DNA from: Chiloscyllium plagiosum
Lineage: Eukaryota
NCBI RefSeq assembly: GCF_004010195.1
Contig: NC_057740.1
Span: forward strand, 6,902,999 to 6,966,959
Reading direction: 5' to 3'
Length of the DNA: 63,961 nucleotides
Shown in pieces: positions 51,716 through 63,961 of the stretch (its first letter is position 1; each line of letters opens with the position of its first letter). The notes below the pieces were generated by a model. The model was not told where the DNA came from, made no database searches, and saw only the letters and a program-made list of their open reading frames with translations. Both the position numbers and the translations under genes were made by a program.

Positions 51716-53030
51716 TAATTATTTAGAACTATAATTGGAGGAAAGTGTAGCTAAGATTTTGCAGTTCTGTCGAGAGACTTATTGATCTAAAATGTTTAAT
51801 GCATTTCTTTCTCCATAGATACTGCCAAACATGGCAGGTATTTCCCACATTTTGTGTTTTTCCTTAGCTTACATCACTGCAGCTCTTTACTCTTCATTCC
51901 CCAGGTTGTAAAGCGTGTATGCAGGAGGATGCTCGTTAACGAGAAGGCCGGATTAGAGAGCAGCCTCTCCAGAAGCTCATTCTCCTGCCAACATGGAGAA
52001 TGGTTGTCTGGCTGTAATACTGTAGGCCTGGGCAGTGTTGGTGCCCAACCTGGAGCTCAGGGTGAGATAGCGAGGGGGAGTTGGTGGGAGATAGGGTGGC
52101 AGTTTGAATGGAGATGGGGTAAGTACTATATTTTCTCAATCTCTTGAAGAGTGATAATATCACGGGACTTGTGATTCAGTGGCTCAGAGTAATGCTTTAA
52201 TTGGTCATTGGTTTAAATCCCATTTTGGCAGTGGGTGGAATTTGAATTGACTTAATGAAAACAGGGATTGAAAGCAAGTCTCAGAAACAGTAGCCATGTA
52301 CCCATTGTTGCTTTTGGTTTACCAATGACCTTTTGGGAAGGAAATCTGTGCCTGATCTGACGTACATGTGACTCCAGTACACAGCAACATAGTTGACTCC
52401 AAATCCTCTCTGAAATGGGGAAGTCATTCAATTCAAGAGCAATTGGGGATGGACAACAAATGTCAGCCTTGCTGGTGATGTCACCAATCTTCAAATAAAG
52501 GAGGTGCAGGATGGTAGGAGATAGGGTGATGCTATAACTGTTAATCAGGAACACAGTGTGAGGCAATGGCAGCAAAGCAATTCAAAGTAATAGATTAAAA
52601 GAAACCTTTACATCAATGGAAAAAAAAAATCATTTCACAGAATCCTGAAACAAAAGCTTCTAGAAATGCACAGTTGGTCGAAATAATTAGTGAGCCAAGT
52701 GACATTAAGTCTCCATTCAAGTTCTCCATATGGTCTGTAAACACCGAAGACTTTTGAAATCGGAACATTTGGGAACAAAAACAGGTCAAACTTCCTGAAA
52801 AGTCCGGGTAGCACAAAGTTTTACCCTAAAAATTGATCACATAAAATTAGCAATGAAACTTTCAACAGAATGGAATCACCTCATGACTTGTATGAAATGT
52901 AGCAGATCGGATGAAGATATGAGATCTGGTAATATCTGTTTAAGAATCTGTGATAAGATATTTTTCAATGCCTCAATTTGAACACATTACAGAATGTCTT
53001 GCATGAGTCCCTATTCTGGTTTTAATCTGA

Positions 53031-53400
53031 ATTTAAACTTTAACAGTCATTTTATATTGACATTTAAATTATTTATTAATATCACTTATATGCCCAAATA
53101 CTATATGAGGGTTGTATGATATAATAAAATGTTGTCATTGGATTATCTTCTTCCTATGTCGCATAATAATGAATCAATTCTTTAAATATTAGTCTTGGCT
53201 CAGCAGGAGCACATTGATTTAAACTTTAACAGTCATTTTATATTGACATTTAAATTATTTATTAATATCACTTATATGCCCAAATACTATGAGGGTTGTA
53301 TGATATAATAAAATGTTGTCATTGGATTATCTTCTTCCTATGTTGCATAATAATGAATCAATTCTTTAAATATTAGTCTTGGCTCAGCAGGAGCACATTG
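53031..53400. repeat. Tandem duplication of an AT-rich ~185-bp unit
   Basis: 53031-53216 and 53217-53400 nearly identical. Confidence 0.9.
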
Positions 53401-54235
53401 TAGACTAATTAGTAAAGTTAGATCACATGGAACACAGGGAGAGCTAGCCAATTGGATACAAAATTGGGTTGTAGATAGGGGACAGATGGTGTTAGAGGGT
53501 TGTTTTTCACACTGGAGGCCTGTGACCAGAGATGTTCCACAGGGATCAATGTTGGGTCCACTGTTGTTTGTTATTTATATAAACGATTTGGATGAGAATT
53601 TAGGAAACATGATTGGTTTGGATGACACCATGATTGGTGGTATCATGGACACTAATGAAGGTTATCTAAGGTTACAAAGAAACTTTGGTCAATTGGATCA
53701 ATGTGCTGAGGAGTGGCAGGTCAGTTTAATTTGAATAAATGCGACATATTGCATTTTGGTAAAACAAACAAAACCAGGACTCATAATTAATGGTATCGCC
53801 CTGGGTAGTGTTGTAGAAAGAGAGACCTGGGCGATACAATTCTTTGAAATTTGCATCACATGTAAACAGGGTGTTTAAGGAGACCTTTAGCATATTTGCT
53901 TTCATTTCTCAGCCCTTTGAGTATAGGAGTTGGGATGTGATATTGAGGTTGTACAGGATATTGGTGAGGTGTCTTCTGGAGTACTGTGTGCCGTCCTGGT
54001 TGCCCTGCTACAGGAAAGATATTATGACATTGGAGAGGGTTCAGAAAAGATTTACCAGCAGCGTGATTTGTATTTGGAATGAAGTTAATAAACCCCCAGG
54101 GTCTCTTGTTCTACATCGGATTACCAGTGGTGTAGGGATTTATTGCCATGGGGTGATTAAAAGACATTGAAGTCTTCAATCGCCATGATCATATTGAACA
54201 GCAGGGCAGGCTGGATGGGCCGAATGGCTGTATTC
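53400..54235 (+). mobile_element. CR1-like LINE 3' part
   Basis: DVPQGSMLGPLLFVIYINDLD. Confidence 0.75.
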
Positions 54236-55949
54236 TTTTAAATACATTCAATATCCCAACATTCCCTCTCTGCTGCATCATTTCTCCAGCTTCTCTCCTC
54301 TGTATTATTCTCCAATTTCTGTACTCAACAGTGCATGGCACTACGTGTTAACCAGAGATTGCTACCCTTGAGGTACTTCTTATTTAATCCTTTGCTTGCT
54401 AAAGTATGTCTGGAGGACATTTCTGTATCTGACGATGTCATTCCCACTATGCTGGGACATGACCTCTAGCAGTTCACCCGCCCTCTCTCAGAATGCAGCT
54501 GCTCAGTGGCATTCTTGACATGGGACCAAACAGACAAAGTACCATCATTAAATCAGGGCTAGGGGCAAAGAAAAGCTTGTCTGTTTTCCTAACTCATGAA
54601 ATACATATCATTAACTCTTTCGAGCCTTCTGTACAAACCCTGTACACTGAAGCATGTTCTGGCCCTGGTTACGCTCCCCAAAGGAATAACAAAACAAAAA
54701 GGACTGCGGTGATGTCAACATGTAACTGAACCGATGACAATTCCTGCACATCTGATTGTCCAAGTCACCCCATGGGATTAGCAGCTCAGTTAAGAGGACA
54801 CGTGCTCACCCTGAAGTTCTGGGTATAAATCCCACATCAGAATTCGAACCCCAAAACATGGCTGCTGCTCGACTACAACACTGAGGGTGTGCTGCTTTGT
54901 TGGAAGTGCTATCCTGCACTTGCATTACTGGGAGGCTGCAATTGCCTGTTTGGATGAATTCAACAAAATTCCTTGTCCACATCACAGGAAATGTTCCTGT
55001 ATGTCGCAAAACTCAATGGGACTGAGTTGCTCCACCATCTATTTATTGGACTCATATCTAAACACCACACATTGTATGTCCCTCCAGAGAAATTAATATA
55101 ACTTTTTCCTTTCAATGTTACCACATTCCTAAGTTGAACAAGTCTTGAATGTTGCATTTTCCCAATCCCCTTGTGAAAGTCTGCGTAAAAACATTGAATG
55201 AATTTCCTTTTCTCTTCATCACGTACTTTTGCACTTTTCAATCGAGATACATATTTATGAATGTATTCTGGTCATCCTAAGAAGTCCCTGTCTCCAGGTG
55301 CACATTAATCCATCCTGCATGTCACATTGAGAAGTTTCTTCTGCTGCTGTTAAACTGTCCGGTCTGTCATTGCCAAGATTATTTCTTTATGAACTCAATG
55401 TTAGAGTGGCAACTCTCCAGGTGACTGATCCAACTCTCATACCCAAGCTCTTCTGGGATGAAAAGAAATCAAATCAGAACTGGCGGGGCGGGGGAGGGGA
55501 AAAGAAGTACAGAAGCTTTTTAAAATTATTCCATGTGCGTGTGAACACCACATGCTAGGCCAGCATTTATTTCACATCTCTAACTGCTCTTGAGAAGGTA
55601 TCGATGAACTCCCTTCTTGAACTGCTATTTACTGTTCAACTCACTATTCTGTGGAATGGAATTCCAGGAACAGTGCAATAATTTCCAAGTCAGGATATGG
55701 TAATGGTGTGCCCATGCTTTTGTTGCTATTTTTTCCTCCAAAATTCAGTAAAAGTCACAAATTTGGAATATCATTTTGAAAGTGTCTTGGGGAGTAGATG
55801 CCATACATTGTGTAGATGCAGTGAGAGAGGACGAGAAACCACACAAGTTGACAAAATACACGGAAGGATTTCCTGCACAGATTCTTTTTATTGGACATTA
55901 AACTCAGCAACAATTATTACTCGCCTGATGCTGTTGGCTGATCATGAAC

Positions 55950-56170
55950 TCACATGAAATCCAGCATGGGGTGTTGAGCACAGCACCCACATGAACTGAA
56001 ATTCCTGACTGGAGCCAAGTCACTGGTCACTGATACGTGAAATGAGAAACTGAACAGAACCTGCCTCAGGTACAAACACTTCAAACATAATACAGCACAA
56101 ACACACAGAGCAAAACAGGAACACAAAATGCAGCAGATTCCAGAGGAAGAGGGGACAGGGAGTTGCTGAG
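55950..56170 (-). pseudogene. C exon remnant of cluster 3: C domain deleted, acceptor fused in frame to the 3'UTR
   Basis: Acceptor and AQQLP retained, then the sequence jumps (~56153) to UTR. About 390 bp corresponding to 24339-24727 is missing. Confidence 0.85.
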
Positions 56171-58139
56171 CTGCAAGAGAAAAGACAATGTTTGCATACA
56201 AAGTTAGCAAAGAATATAGCAGCATTTCAGTTTAATAAGAACAGGTTTGAGATGTTGCAGCTTCCAGAATTGAGCCTCAAATTTATCGTGGGAGTTAGCA
56301 TCCCCCTGTTAAGACTGTTGAGGTTTGTGACAATAGAAAGTACTAATTCGGATGTCAAACCAATTGTCCTGTGGATTAGAGCATCATTCACTGTGGGGAA
56401 TTCACTTCCAACTCAATGGCTGTACACAGGTCTGTGCTATGTTGGTTCATCCCAGGTAATGTATCAGGGACACTGCAGTTGGTCTCAGTGATCCCTGCCT
56501 CTGATCTTTGCTTTCAAGTTCAAAATCTGTTTTCTGTAGAACATCACTGGACCTGAAAATTAACTCTGCTTTCTCTACACATGCTGCCAAATCTGCTGAG
56601 TTTTCCAGCAATTCCTGTTCTTCCTGAAAACCTATTGTGATGAGCTGTGACACTGAGCTTCATGGATTTGAGAGGAACAAACAAACAGTCAGCGTAAAGG
56701 AGAACCACATCTGGGAATTACTCCCCATTCCTTCATCACTGTGCCTCTTCAATGCCAACCTCTGGCATTTGGGAATAAAATTATCTCAAACTCTCCACAG
56801 CTTTGACTGAAAGCTCCAGGTCGTGTGGTCCTGAGTTCTACAGACCAATGAGCAACAGGACATGGAATGGTCTGTGAGGATGCTACAATTAGCCCATTCA
56901 AGGTGAGAAGAACAAAATAATTTCTTGCTTGATCTTCAATGATCCTTTCCCCAGCCTCAACACCACCTTTATTTCCCTCAGAGTCCTCTGAATGAGGAAA
57001 GGCTGCTGGCAGTGTACACAATGCAGCAACGTTAACTCCTGGCACAGGTTCAATGTCAACATGATGTCCAGCAGCAGCTCAGTGAGCGAGTGATAAAGGT
57101 TGGGGTATCAGTACTGAAACTCAACACAAACCCAGCAAGCCCTTTTACTGCACACTCACTCCTGCCACAGTCCGGCTAGAGTGATGGCTACACCATCTCA
57201 GTGAATTCACCTCAGAACCTGAGCTCCACCCTCAGAACATGCAAAACCTAAATCAAAGCAACAAGTCTCCAAGGAACAATGAGAGCAAACGATGGTAATG
57301 AAGGAAAGGGAGCGGAGGGAGAGTTCCAGCATGTATTGGGAGAATGTGAGGAGGTGAAAACCAATGGCTTGACAAATTACCAATGAAGAAAAAATTGTTT
57401 GTGAAATGGCTTAAATTCTATCAATTTGGCCTTTAATGTAATACTTCCTTCGGTGCTGAAGTAACGTTTTGTTTGATAATTCTTTACGAACATCCTGGAA
57501 CAGTTTTCTACTATATTAAAAAGGAGCCATATTAAAACAAGAGATTGTGTTGAGAGAGGTGGGCCTTCCTTGCTCAAGGAGAAGGGAAGACACAACATAA
57601 GCATCGTTATGGTCATCGTCAGATTCCTAAGAGATTGAGGAGAGAAGAATGAACTAGAGCTCCTAGTGTGAGTGAGAGGAGACAGTGCTCTTAAGAAAGC
57701 TAGGAATTTCAGTCGGCTTACAGCAAACATTGGTTTGCTCATCTGCACCAGAAATGGAAAGGAGAAAAGCCGAGGATGGATTGGAGATGTAACGTCTGAC
57801 AGCAAGGGGGGAAAAGAAAGTGTTGAAACCGGAAGTTGTAATGATTAAAACGAAATCAGCCATGTGAACCTCAGAGCATGAGTTCCCTTATTGAGGCTGT
57901 TAATCCGGTCTAATCAGAGAGAGTCCTGACGGACCGATACAAACAGGAGTGTCAGAGGTTCTGTTCACTCTGAGCTGGCTCGGAGGAAGCCGGATCAGCT
58001 TCTCGCACTGTGCAGCTGTAAATAAAGGCTGAGGTGATATAGGCCTCTGTGAAGTTATTTCAATGGAGACAAGACTGGGACTAATGATGTAACCATGCAA
58101 AGGTGCCTGCTAGCTGAAGCCCAACTGGACTTCGAACAG

Positions 58140-58669
58140 ATTCTGGATTAGTGGTGCTGGAAGAGCACAGCAGTTCAGGCAGCATCTGCGGAGCAGTAAA
58201 AATCGATGTTTCGGGCAAAAGCCCTTCATCAGAAATAAAGGCAGAGAGCCTGAAGCGTGGAGAGATAAGTGAGAGGAGGNNNNNNNNNNNNNNNNNNNNN
58301 NNNNNNNNNNNNNNNNNNNNNNNNNNNNNNNNNNNNNNNNNNNNNNNNNNNNNNNNNNNNNNNNNNNNNNNNNNNNNNNNNNNNNNNNNNNNNNNNNNNN
58401 NNNNNNNNNNNNNNNNNNNNNNNNNNNNNNNNNNNNNNNNNNNNNNNNNNNNNNNNNNNNNNNNNNNNNNNNNNNNNNNNNNNNNNNNNNNNNNNNNNNN
58501 NNNNNNNNNNNNNNNGCAACGGATACAATAAATGATATTAGTGGATGTGCAGGTAAAACTTTGATGGATGTGGAAGGCTCCTTTAGGACCTTGGATGGAG
58601 GTGAGGGAGGAGGTGTGGGCGCAGGTTTTGCAGCTCCTGCGGTGGCAGGGGAAGGTGCCAGGATGGGAG
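58140..58669 (-). mobile_element. Penelope-like element fragment (GIY-YIG-adjacent region plus terminal repeat) inserted into the cluster 3 Gypsy
   Basis: Minus-strand translation GTFPCHRRSCKTC...FTCTSTNIIYCIRC; 13-bp TSD-like ggacttc(g/a)aacag; absent from cluster 2; spans a gap. Confidence 0.75.
58280..58515. other. Assembly gap (N run)
   Basis: N run. Confidence 1.
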
Positions 58670-60205
58670 GGACTTCAAACAGGCACAACAACTGGCTGTG
58701 TCATTAGAAAATGCGACAAGTGGAACATAAGAGTTACAGGGTATGCCGATGGAAATGGAGCCCCTCTGCAGGCAGACTGAGCTTGTAGTATCGCCTCATT
58801 CAGGACATATCCTGAACCGGAGGACTCTAGGTCAAACCACAGCAAAACCCTAAAACAAAGCCAAGCCTCAGCCAAGCAAGTGAACATTTTCCAGGGTCCA
58901 GGCCGGCAAGCCATTGTAGTTGCTGCCGGTGTGCAGGATCGAGACAGCAACAGAGTCCCACTAGGCCTGAACTGAGTAAAGGAACTTGTAGGCTGGTGTC
59001 CAGGACAATGTACATCCTAGAACGCCCACTTGCATTGGTCTTGAAACAGTTAAATTGCGGAGCAACATCCAAATCACAATCAAAATAAATGTCTGGTTGA
59101 ATGGTCACCTGGTTCTAATGGAGGTTGATACCAGCGTGGCTGTATCAGTGATTGCAGAACCAGTCTATAACAAACTTCACTCTGGACCCCAACCCTGAAC
59201 TTTGCATAAGGCCTCGGCTAGACTGAGAACCTATACCGGGGAACCTTTACAGGTTAAGGGTACAACTTCGGTTCTGGTCTCATTTGATGTTGGGAAATTG
59301 GTTGAAAAAGATTCACCTTCATAGCCAACCATTTTCTATTGGATAAATGTTGAGCCCAAGTAAAGTCCTAATTAAATCCACAAGCGCTTTTCAGGAAAGA
59401 ATCGGGACTACCAAAGGAGCAAAGACCACCTTGCATGTTGACTGGGAAGTGATTCCATGATTCTGCAAGGCCTGTCCTTCCAGGCAAAAGTAGAGGCAGA
59501 CATCACGAGGCTGGAAAGCGAAGGAATAATCAAACCCATACCGTTTATGGACTGGTCTGCACCAGTCACAAGGCCCAAAGCAGAGGAATGGCTTATCGCG
59601 TGTGCTTCCTGGACTGCGGCTAATGCAGAACACAAATACTCCCAGACAAATAAGTGAGCAGTTATATTTCCTGTGGGGAAGTTGCACCAATACCTTCGCT
59701 CATGTAACATTGTCATAGAAACTGACCACCAACCCCCGGTGGGGCTACTCAAAGAGGAGAAGGCAGTGCCACCCATAACTTCAGGTTTAATTCAGCATTG
59801 GGCTCTCAGGCGAAGTGCACCCAATTACAAGTTGGAACACCGTCCGGGAAGCCAAGTAGAAAATGTGGATGCATTGAGCTGCCTCCCACCAGCAGATACA
59901 CCAATGGTAGGGAGGCCACTGGAAGAGTCCGTTCTGAGTTTAAACTTTCCGGAGTCCCTTCCGGCCACCGCTACAAATATCGGAATGTGGACACAAAAAC
60001 AACCCGTCCTGGCAAAACTATAACAGCTGGCAGCGATGGGAGAAAAGATCAAAAGAGCCATCACAACCTGAACTGAATACTTTCCCGGACTCGGTGAGAC
60101 CAGATCACTATAGAGGAAGGCATTTTATTACGGGGAGTGTGAGGAAGTGTCCCACGCAAAGGACTCTATCAGTTCCTGGCTGAACTCCACCAGGATCATC
60201 CAGGG

Positions 60206-60256
60206 GCCGAATGGCCTTACTTCCACTCCTATGTCTTATGGTCTTATGGTCTTATG
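60206..60256 (+). mobile_element. Tiny 3' end of a CR1-like LINE (tcttatgg tail), cluster 3-specific
   Basis: Absent from the cluster 2 paralog; reverse complement of the CR1 tail at ~32260-32305. Confidence 0.65.
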
Positions 60257-61695
60257 GGAGTCCAAAGATGAAGATGTTGATGAGAGGTCATGTCTGGTGG
60301 CCAGGATTGGATGCAGGCATAGCCACGTTGGTGGGTCAGTGTGCAGTGTGCCAACAGGGATAAAAATTACCATCAGCAGCAAATATCTTTTGTAATACAC
60401 AGACTCCCAGAAGTCTTGGTCACAGACAAGTCTTGGACACCAGATCAGCTGCTTACCATCCATTGTCCACTGGGCTGGTGGAAAGCCAGACCAAACTTTG
60501 AAGGCTAACTTTAAAAAAACAGCTTCCACTTTCACTCATTACCAAACTGCCCCAGCTCCTATTTGATTATCTGACCATCCTTCTGGCAGCTACAGAAATA
60601 GCTCCAACAGAGTTGCAATTGGGGAGAAGACTCCACACCAGGTTAAAGCTTATCCTCCTGGACCTGGGGAAGGGGGAGCAGGAAAGTGAAACAGCAGCAG
60701 GAACATCAACACTGGACACAAGACTATGCCAGGCGAGAGAGAGACAGTTTACTTCAGAAGTCAAGGTTTGGTGCCAATATCATGGAAGTGGACCTGCATG
60801 AGAAAGAGGCATGGCTGATGAGAGGTCAGGTCCTGTCATGTACAAAGTTCAAGTCAGTGAGCTGGTTCTGAACAAGCATGTGGACCAGATGAAAGCTGCA
60901 AACTCACAAACATGACAGGGTCAAATACCTGGTCCCTTAGATCAGTCGGAAAGGCTACTGGAACCCGTAGCTTCACCCCCACCCCATCTGTCAGAGTCAG
61001 AGACAGACACGGTGGATGTTGCAGCCTCAGCACCTTTACCACCTGAAGAAAAGGAGCAATTTCTTCCAACACGCTCTGGGTGCGAGAGTCGGTCTGTGTA
61101 TCCAAGGCTGCGTCGGAGTAACTGGACCCGGTGGGTAAACCCCACTACAGACGGTATGAGAAAACGAACAGGCCTCTGTCCCTGGACAGAGAGGGGGATG
61201 GATGTAATGATTGTGTTGGGGTCAGCTAGATGGCCCTCATAGAATACGAGTTTCCTTATCGATGCTGTTAATCTGGTCCAATTGGGGGACACTGGCTGAT
61301 GGGTATAAATAGGAGTGCCTACAAATGTCATTATTACTGTCTTGTCATGTTTGAAACTGGGATTTGAAGTTCTTCATTTCCCTGTAAACTGGTTGAACAG
61401 TCGGGTTTGGGATCTGGCTTTGCTGCTCCTCTCCCTTGTAAAAGTGCTGTTTCTTTGTATACAGGTGTTAATGTTAATTATTTTGTTAACTGTGAATTGT
61501 TTAATAAAATGTAAAAAAAACAGGAGCGTTAAGACATCCTGGTCACTCAGAGCTGGCTCTGAGGGATCTGGATCAGTGTCAAGGACTCTCCATGTGTAAA
61601 TGGACTGTGACGATGATGGGAAAAAGATAACATAAAATAAATAAAATTTTTAAATAGGAGTGCCAGCCCCACCCTCCCACTTCATATTGAATTCC

Positions 61696-61843
61696 NNNNN
61701 NNNNNNNNNNNNNNNNNNNNNNNNNNNNNNNNNNNNNNNNNNNNNNNNNNNNNNNNNNNNNNNNNNNNNNNNNNNNNNNNNNNNNNNNNNNNNNNNNNNN
61801 NNNNNNNNNNNNNNNNNNNNNNNNNNNNNNNNNNNNNNNNNNN
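61696..61843. other. Assembly gap (N run)
   Basis: N run. Confidence 1.
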
Positions 61844-62733
61844 CACAGGTTGTATTCACTATTAGCTGGCTGTGAGGAGACTGGATCAGTGTCATGTACT
61901 ATGCACGTGTATATACAGGACAACTTTATGACGGGATACTGGCCTCTGTCGAGTTATTTCAGAAATCAAGATAACAAGAGGTTCCAGTTCAATGCAAAAA
62001 TAAAAAAGCACAGACAAAGTTATCAATAGGCTTTAAAATTGAGAGAGAGGACTAGAGCAAAGAAATACTGACTCAGGAACTAAACTAGCATTTTACTGAG
62101 TACTGCATTAGCAATGCTAGGTTTCTGAGAATGATTGCTTCTGATATTTCTGTCAACATTAATAATGGGTTATGTGTACGCACATTGCTACTCAACTAAA
62201 AAGCAATGACAAAGCTTCAATTAATTAATTCACCATGAAATGCTTTGGGGCATTAAAAACAAAATTAAAATTAGAAAACATATCAATGAAGTTTCTTTCT
62301 TTCGATTTAACTCAGTGCAGCTAATATTGAACATTTTAAACAAAACCAACAGAACTAAATTTAACTGTTCCCAACATTGCACTTTATAAGCCTTGAAAAA
62401 AATTAGACCACATACTCAAATATGTGTCACCACCAAATACATTAACAATATATTGCAATGCTAAAAAGCTAAAAAAAGTTTGTAAAATCAAAGTACTTAT
62501 GAACAAAAACATTATGATGTACAAAACTATGAACTAACACCCAATGTCAGAAACAGCACAAACTCAGACAGGCAGCACCAAGAGTGATTGCTCTGCTTCT
62601 GCTGCTAGACTCTGGAGAAACAACCAACATTTTCACTCAGATTAAGAAATAGGCATGAGGAAATAATCAAGTTTCAATCAAGTGCCTAAATTCACACAGT
62701 TAGTATCCACAGAGGGAATTCTCAGCCACTTAC

Positions 62734-62770
62734 CTGCAACAAAGAGCTTGGTCCCTTGCCCAAACACACA
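62734..62770 (-). CDS. Ig light chain J segment, cluster 3 (CVFGQGTKLFVA)
   Basis: Identical to J2; donor intact. Confidence 0.92.
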
Positions 62771-62809
62771 CACAGTGTGATGTTCTAGGGTTCAGTCCAT
62801 ACAGTTATC
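62771..62809 (+). other. 23-RSS of J3 (non-consensus nonamer)
   Basis: CACAGTG-23-ACAGTTATC. Confidence 0.8.
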
Positions 62810-63114
62810 CAGGAACCTGGAAATGGAGAGAAAACACCTTCAGATACTCCAGTGCCAGCATTGATCATGTATTCTCAGTGCCCCAGTTGGTGTGGGACAG
62901 TAAGGAATAACCTCACAACAACATCCACACACTGACATTAAAATGTCATCAACACTCAGTAGTGGGCAATGATTCACAAAGTTACCAATTATGAAATAAC
63001 GGCAATTGGAAAATAATATACCCAAGAACATCATTAAAGTAATTTATGAAGTCTTAAATATTAGAGTATTTGATCCAGTACAATGATATTAGGAGGCCAT
63101 TATTTCCTGATATC

Positions 63115-63142
63115 AGTTTTTGTGTTACCTTCTGTCACTGTG
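63115..63142 (-). other. 12-RSS of V3
   Basis: CACAGTG-12-ACAAAAACT. Confidence 0.95.
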
Positions 63143-63469
63143 AGACAAAAGCACTGGCCGAGCTAACCCACTTTCCACAGTAATACACGGCGGCATCATT
63201 CACCTCCACGTTTTTGATGATTAACTGGTAAATGTTGTGGCCGCTGTTGGCTGTCGATGTGAAACGGTCGCTGCTAAACCCAGACCCATAGGTAGGCGCA
63301 CTGTGCGAGTGATAGTAATAGAGGATCCACTGAGGAGCTGATCCTGGTGTCTGCTTGTACCAGTACACGTTATAGTTATCAACCGTTCCAATGTTACAGT
63401 CCAGTGTGGCCTTGTTTCCCGGTTTCACAGTCAGGTGTGAAGGCTGAGTCAGAGTCTGACACTGTCCAT
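63143..63469 (-). CDS. Ig light chain V segment, cluster 3 (sigma-type), open frame
   Basis: V-set motifs intact; differs from V2 mainly in the CDRs. Confidence 0.92.
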
Positions 63470-63567
63470 CTGTAAAAGAGCAAGGATTAAACATCAGAAA
63501 TGGACCCTTGTAAAGGGGACTGTAAAACCCCGACCTGCTGCTGTGGGAGGAGCAGTGTTTTACTTAC

Positions 63568-63616
63568 AGCCCAGCCACACTGCCAGGGAACAGAGAAAGC
63601 ACAAGATCCACATCAT
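63568..63616 (-). CDS. Ig light chain cluster 3 leader exon
   Basis: MMWILCFLCSLAVWLG, GTAAGT donor. Confidence 0.88.
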
Positions 63617-63695
63617 TTCTGTCAGTGATAGAACTGCCTGCCTTCAGCGACTGTATCTGGGACAGACTGTGGCAGCAGGTTCCCATTGAAGCCAG

Positions 63696-63735
63696 TTATA
63701 GAGCCTTTCACAACAGGAAGGAAATCCGTGCAAAT
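63696..63735 (-). promoter_or_regulatory. V3 promoter: octamer variant plus TATAA
   Basis: ATTTGCAC at 63728-63735, TATAA at 63696-63700. Confidence 0.65.
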
Positions 63736-63961
63736 GAGAGCGATTCACACTGACCAACCAGAGCAAGGACCTGAAACCCGCCCATTCAGGCTCAGAGATT
63801 CAGGTTGATGCAGTGATTCCTCAGTCCGACTGGAAACACTGTCACATTTTACACTGAAGCTCGTTTATTGTCTGATATTTCCCTTTATGTTTACTGCATC
63901 TTCCGACCAGCCCTGGAGTTAAAATTGCTCTTCACACCTACTATCAAAAAATGACTTTCTA

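Larger units (their letters stand above)
57837..61961 (+). mobile_element. Orthologous Gypsy element in the J3-C3 intron
   Basis: 5' LTR 57837-58062, 3' LTR 61203-61961; near-identical to the cluster 2 copy. Confidence 0.88.

Noticed and set aside
58110-58691. Long ORFs spanning N runs (also 61579-61923)
   Set aside because: Artefacts of assembly gaps

Overview
Elasmobranch (shark) genomic DNA, judged from the HE1-type SINEs, CR1/HER1-like LINEs and Penelope-like elements. It carries three tandem, co-oriented (minus-strand), germline, unrearranged immunoglobulin light-chain clusters, most likely of the sigma isotype. Each has the layout leader-V-(12-RSS)...(23-RSS)-J...C. Cluster 2 (C 24421-24743, J 30840-30876, V 31249-31575, leader 31674-31722) appears fully intact. 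Cluster 1 (8071-14714) keeps an intact V but has a disrupted J-RSS spacer, a G>E change in the J FGxG motif, a stop codon in C and a mutated poly(A) signal. Cluster 3 (55950-63616) has intact L/V/J/RSS, but a ~390-bp deletion removed the C domain and fused the C splice acceptor in frame to a Cys-rich hydrophobic 3'UTR frame. Every J-C intron contains the same degenerate Gypsy LTR retrotransposon. Its 3' LTR was hit repeatedly and independently at one TATA-adjacent site by poly(A)-tailed insertions that carry transduced LTR sequence. The rest is mostly decayed CR1, SINE, Penelope-like (with hammerhead motifs) and simple repeats, plus two assembly gaps. Repeat boundaries are approximate. Isotype and family names come from motif recognition, not database searches.
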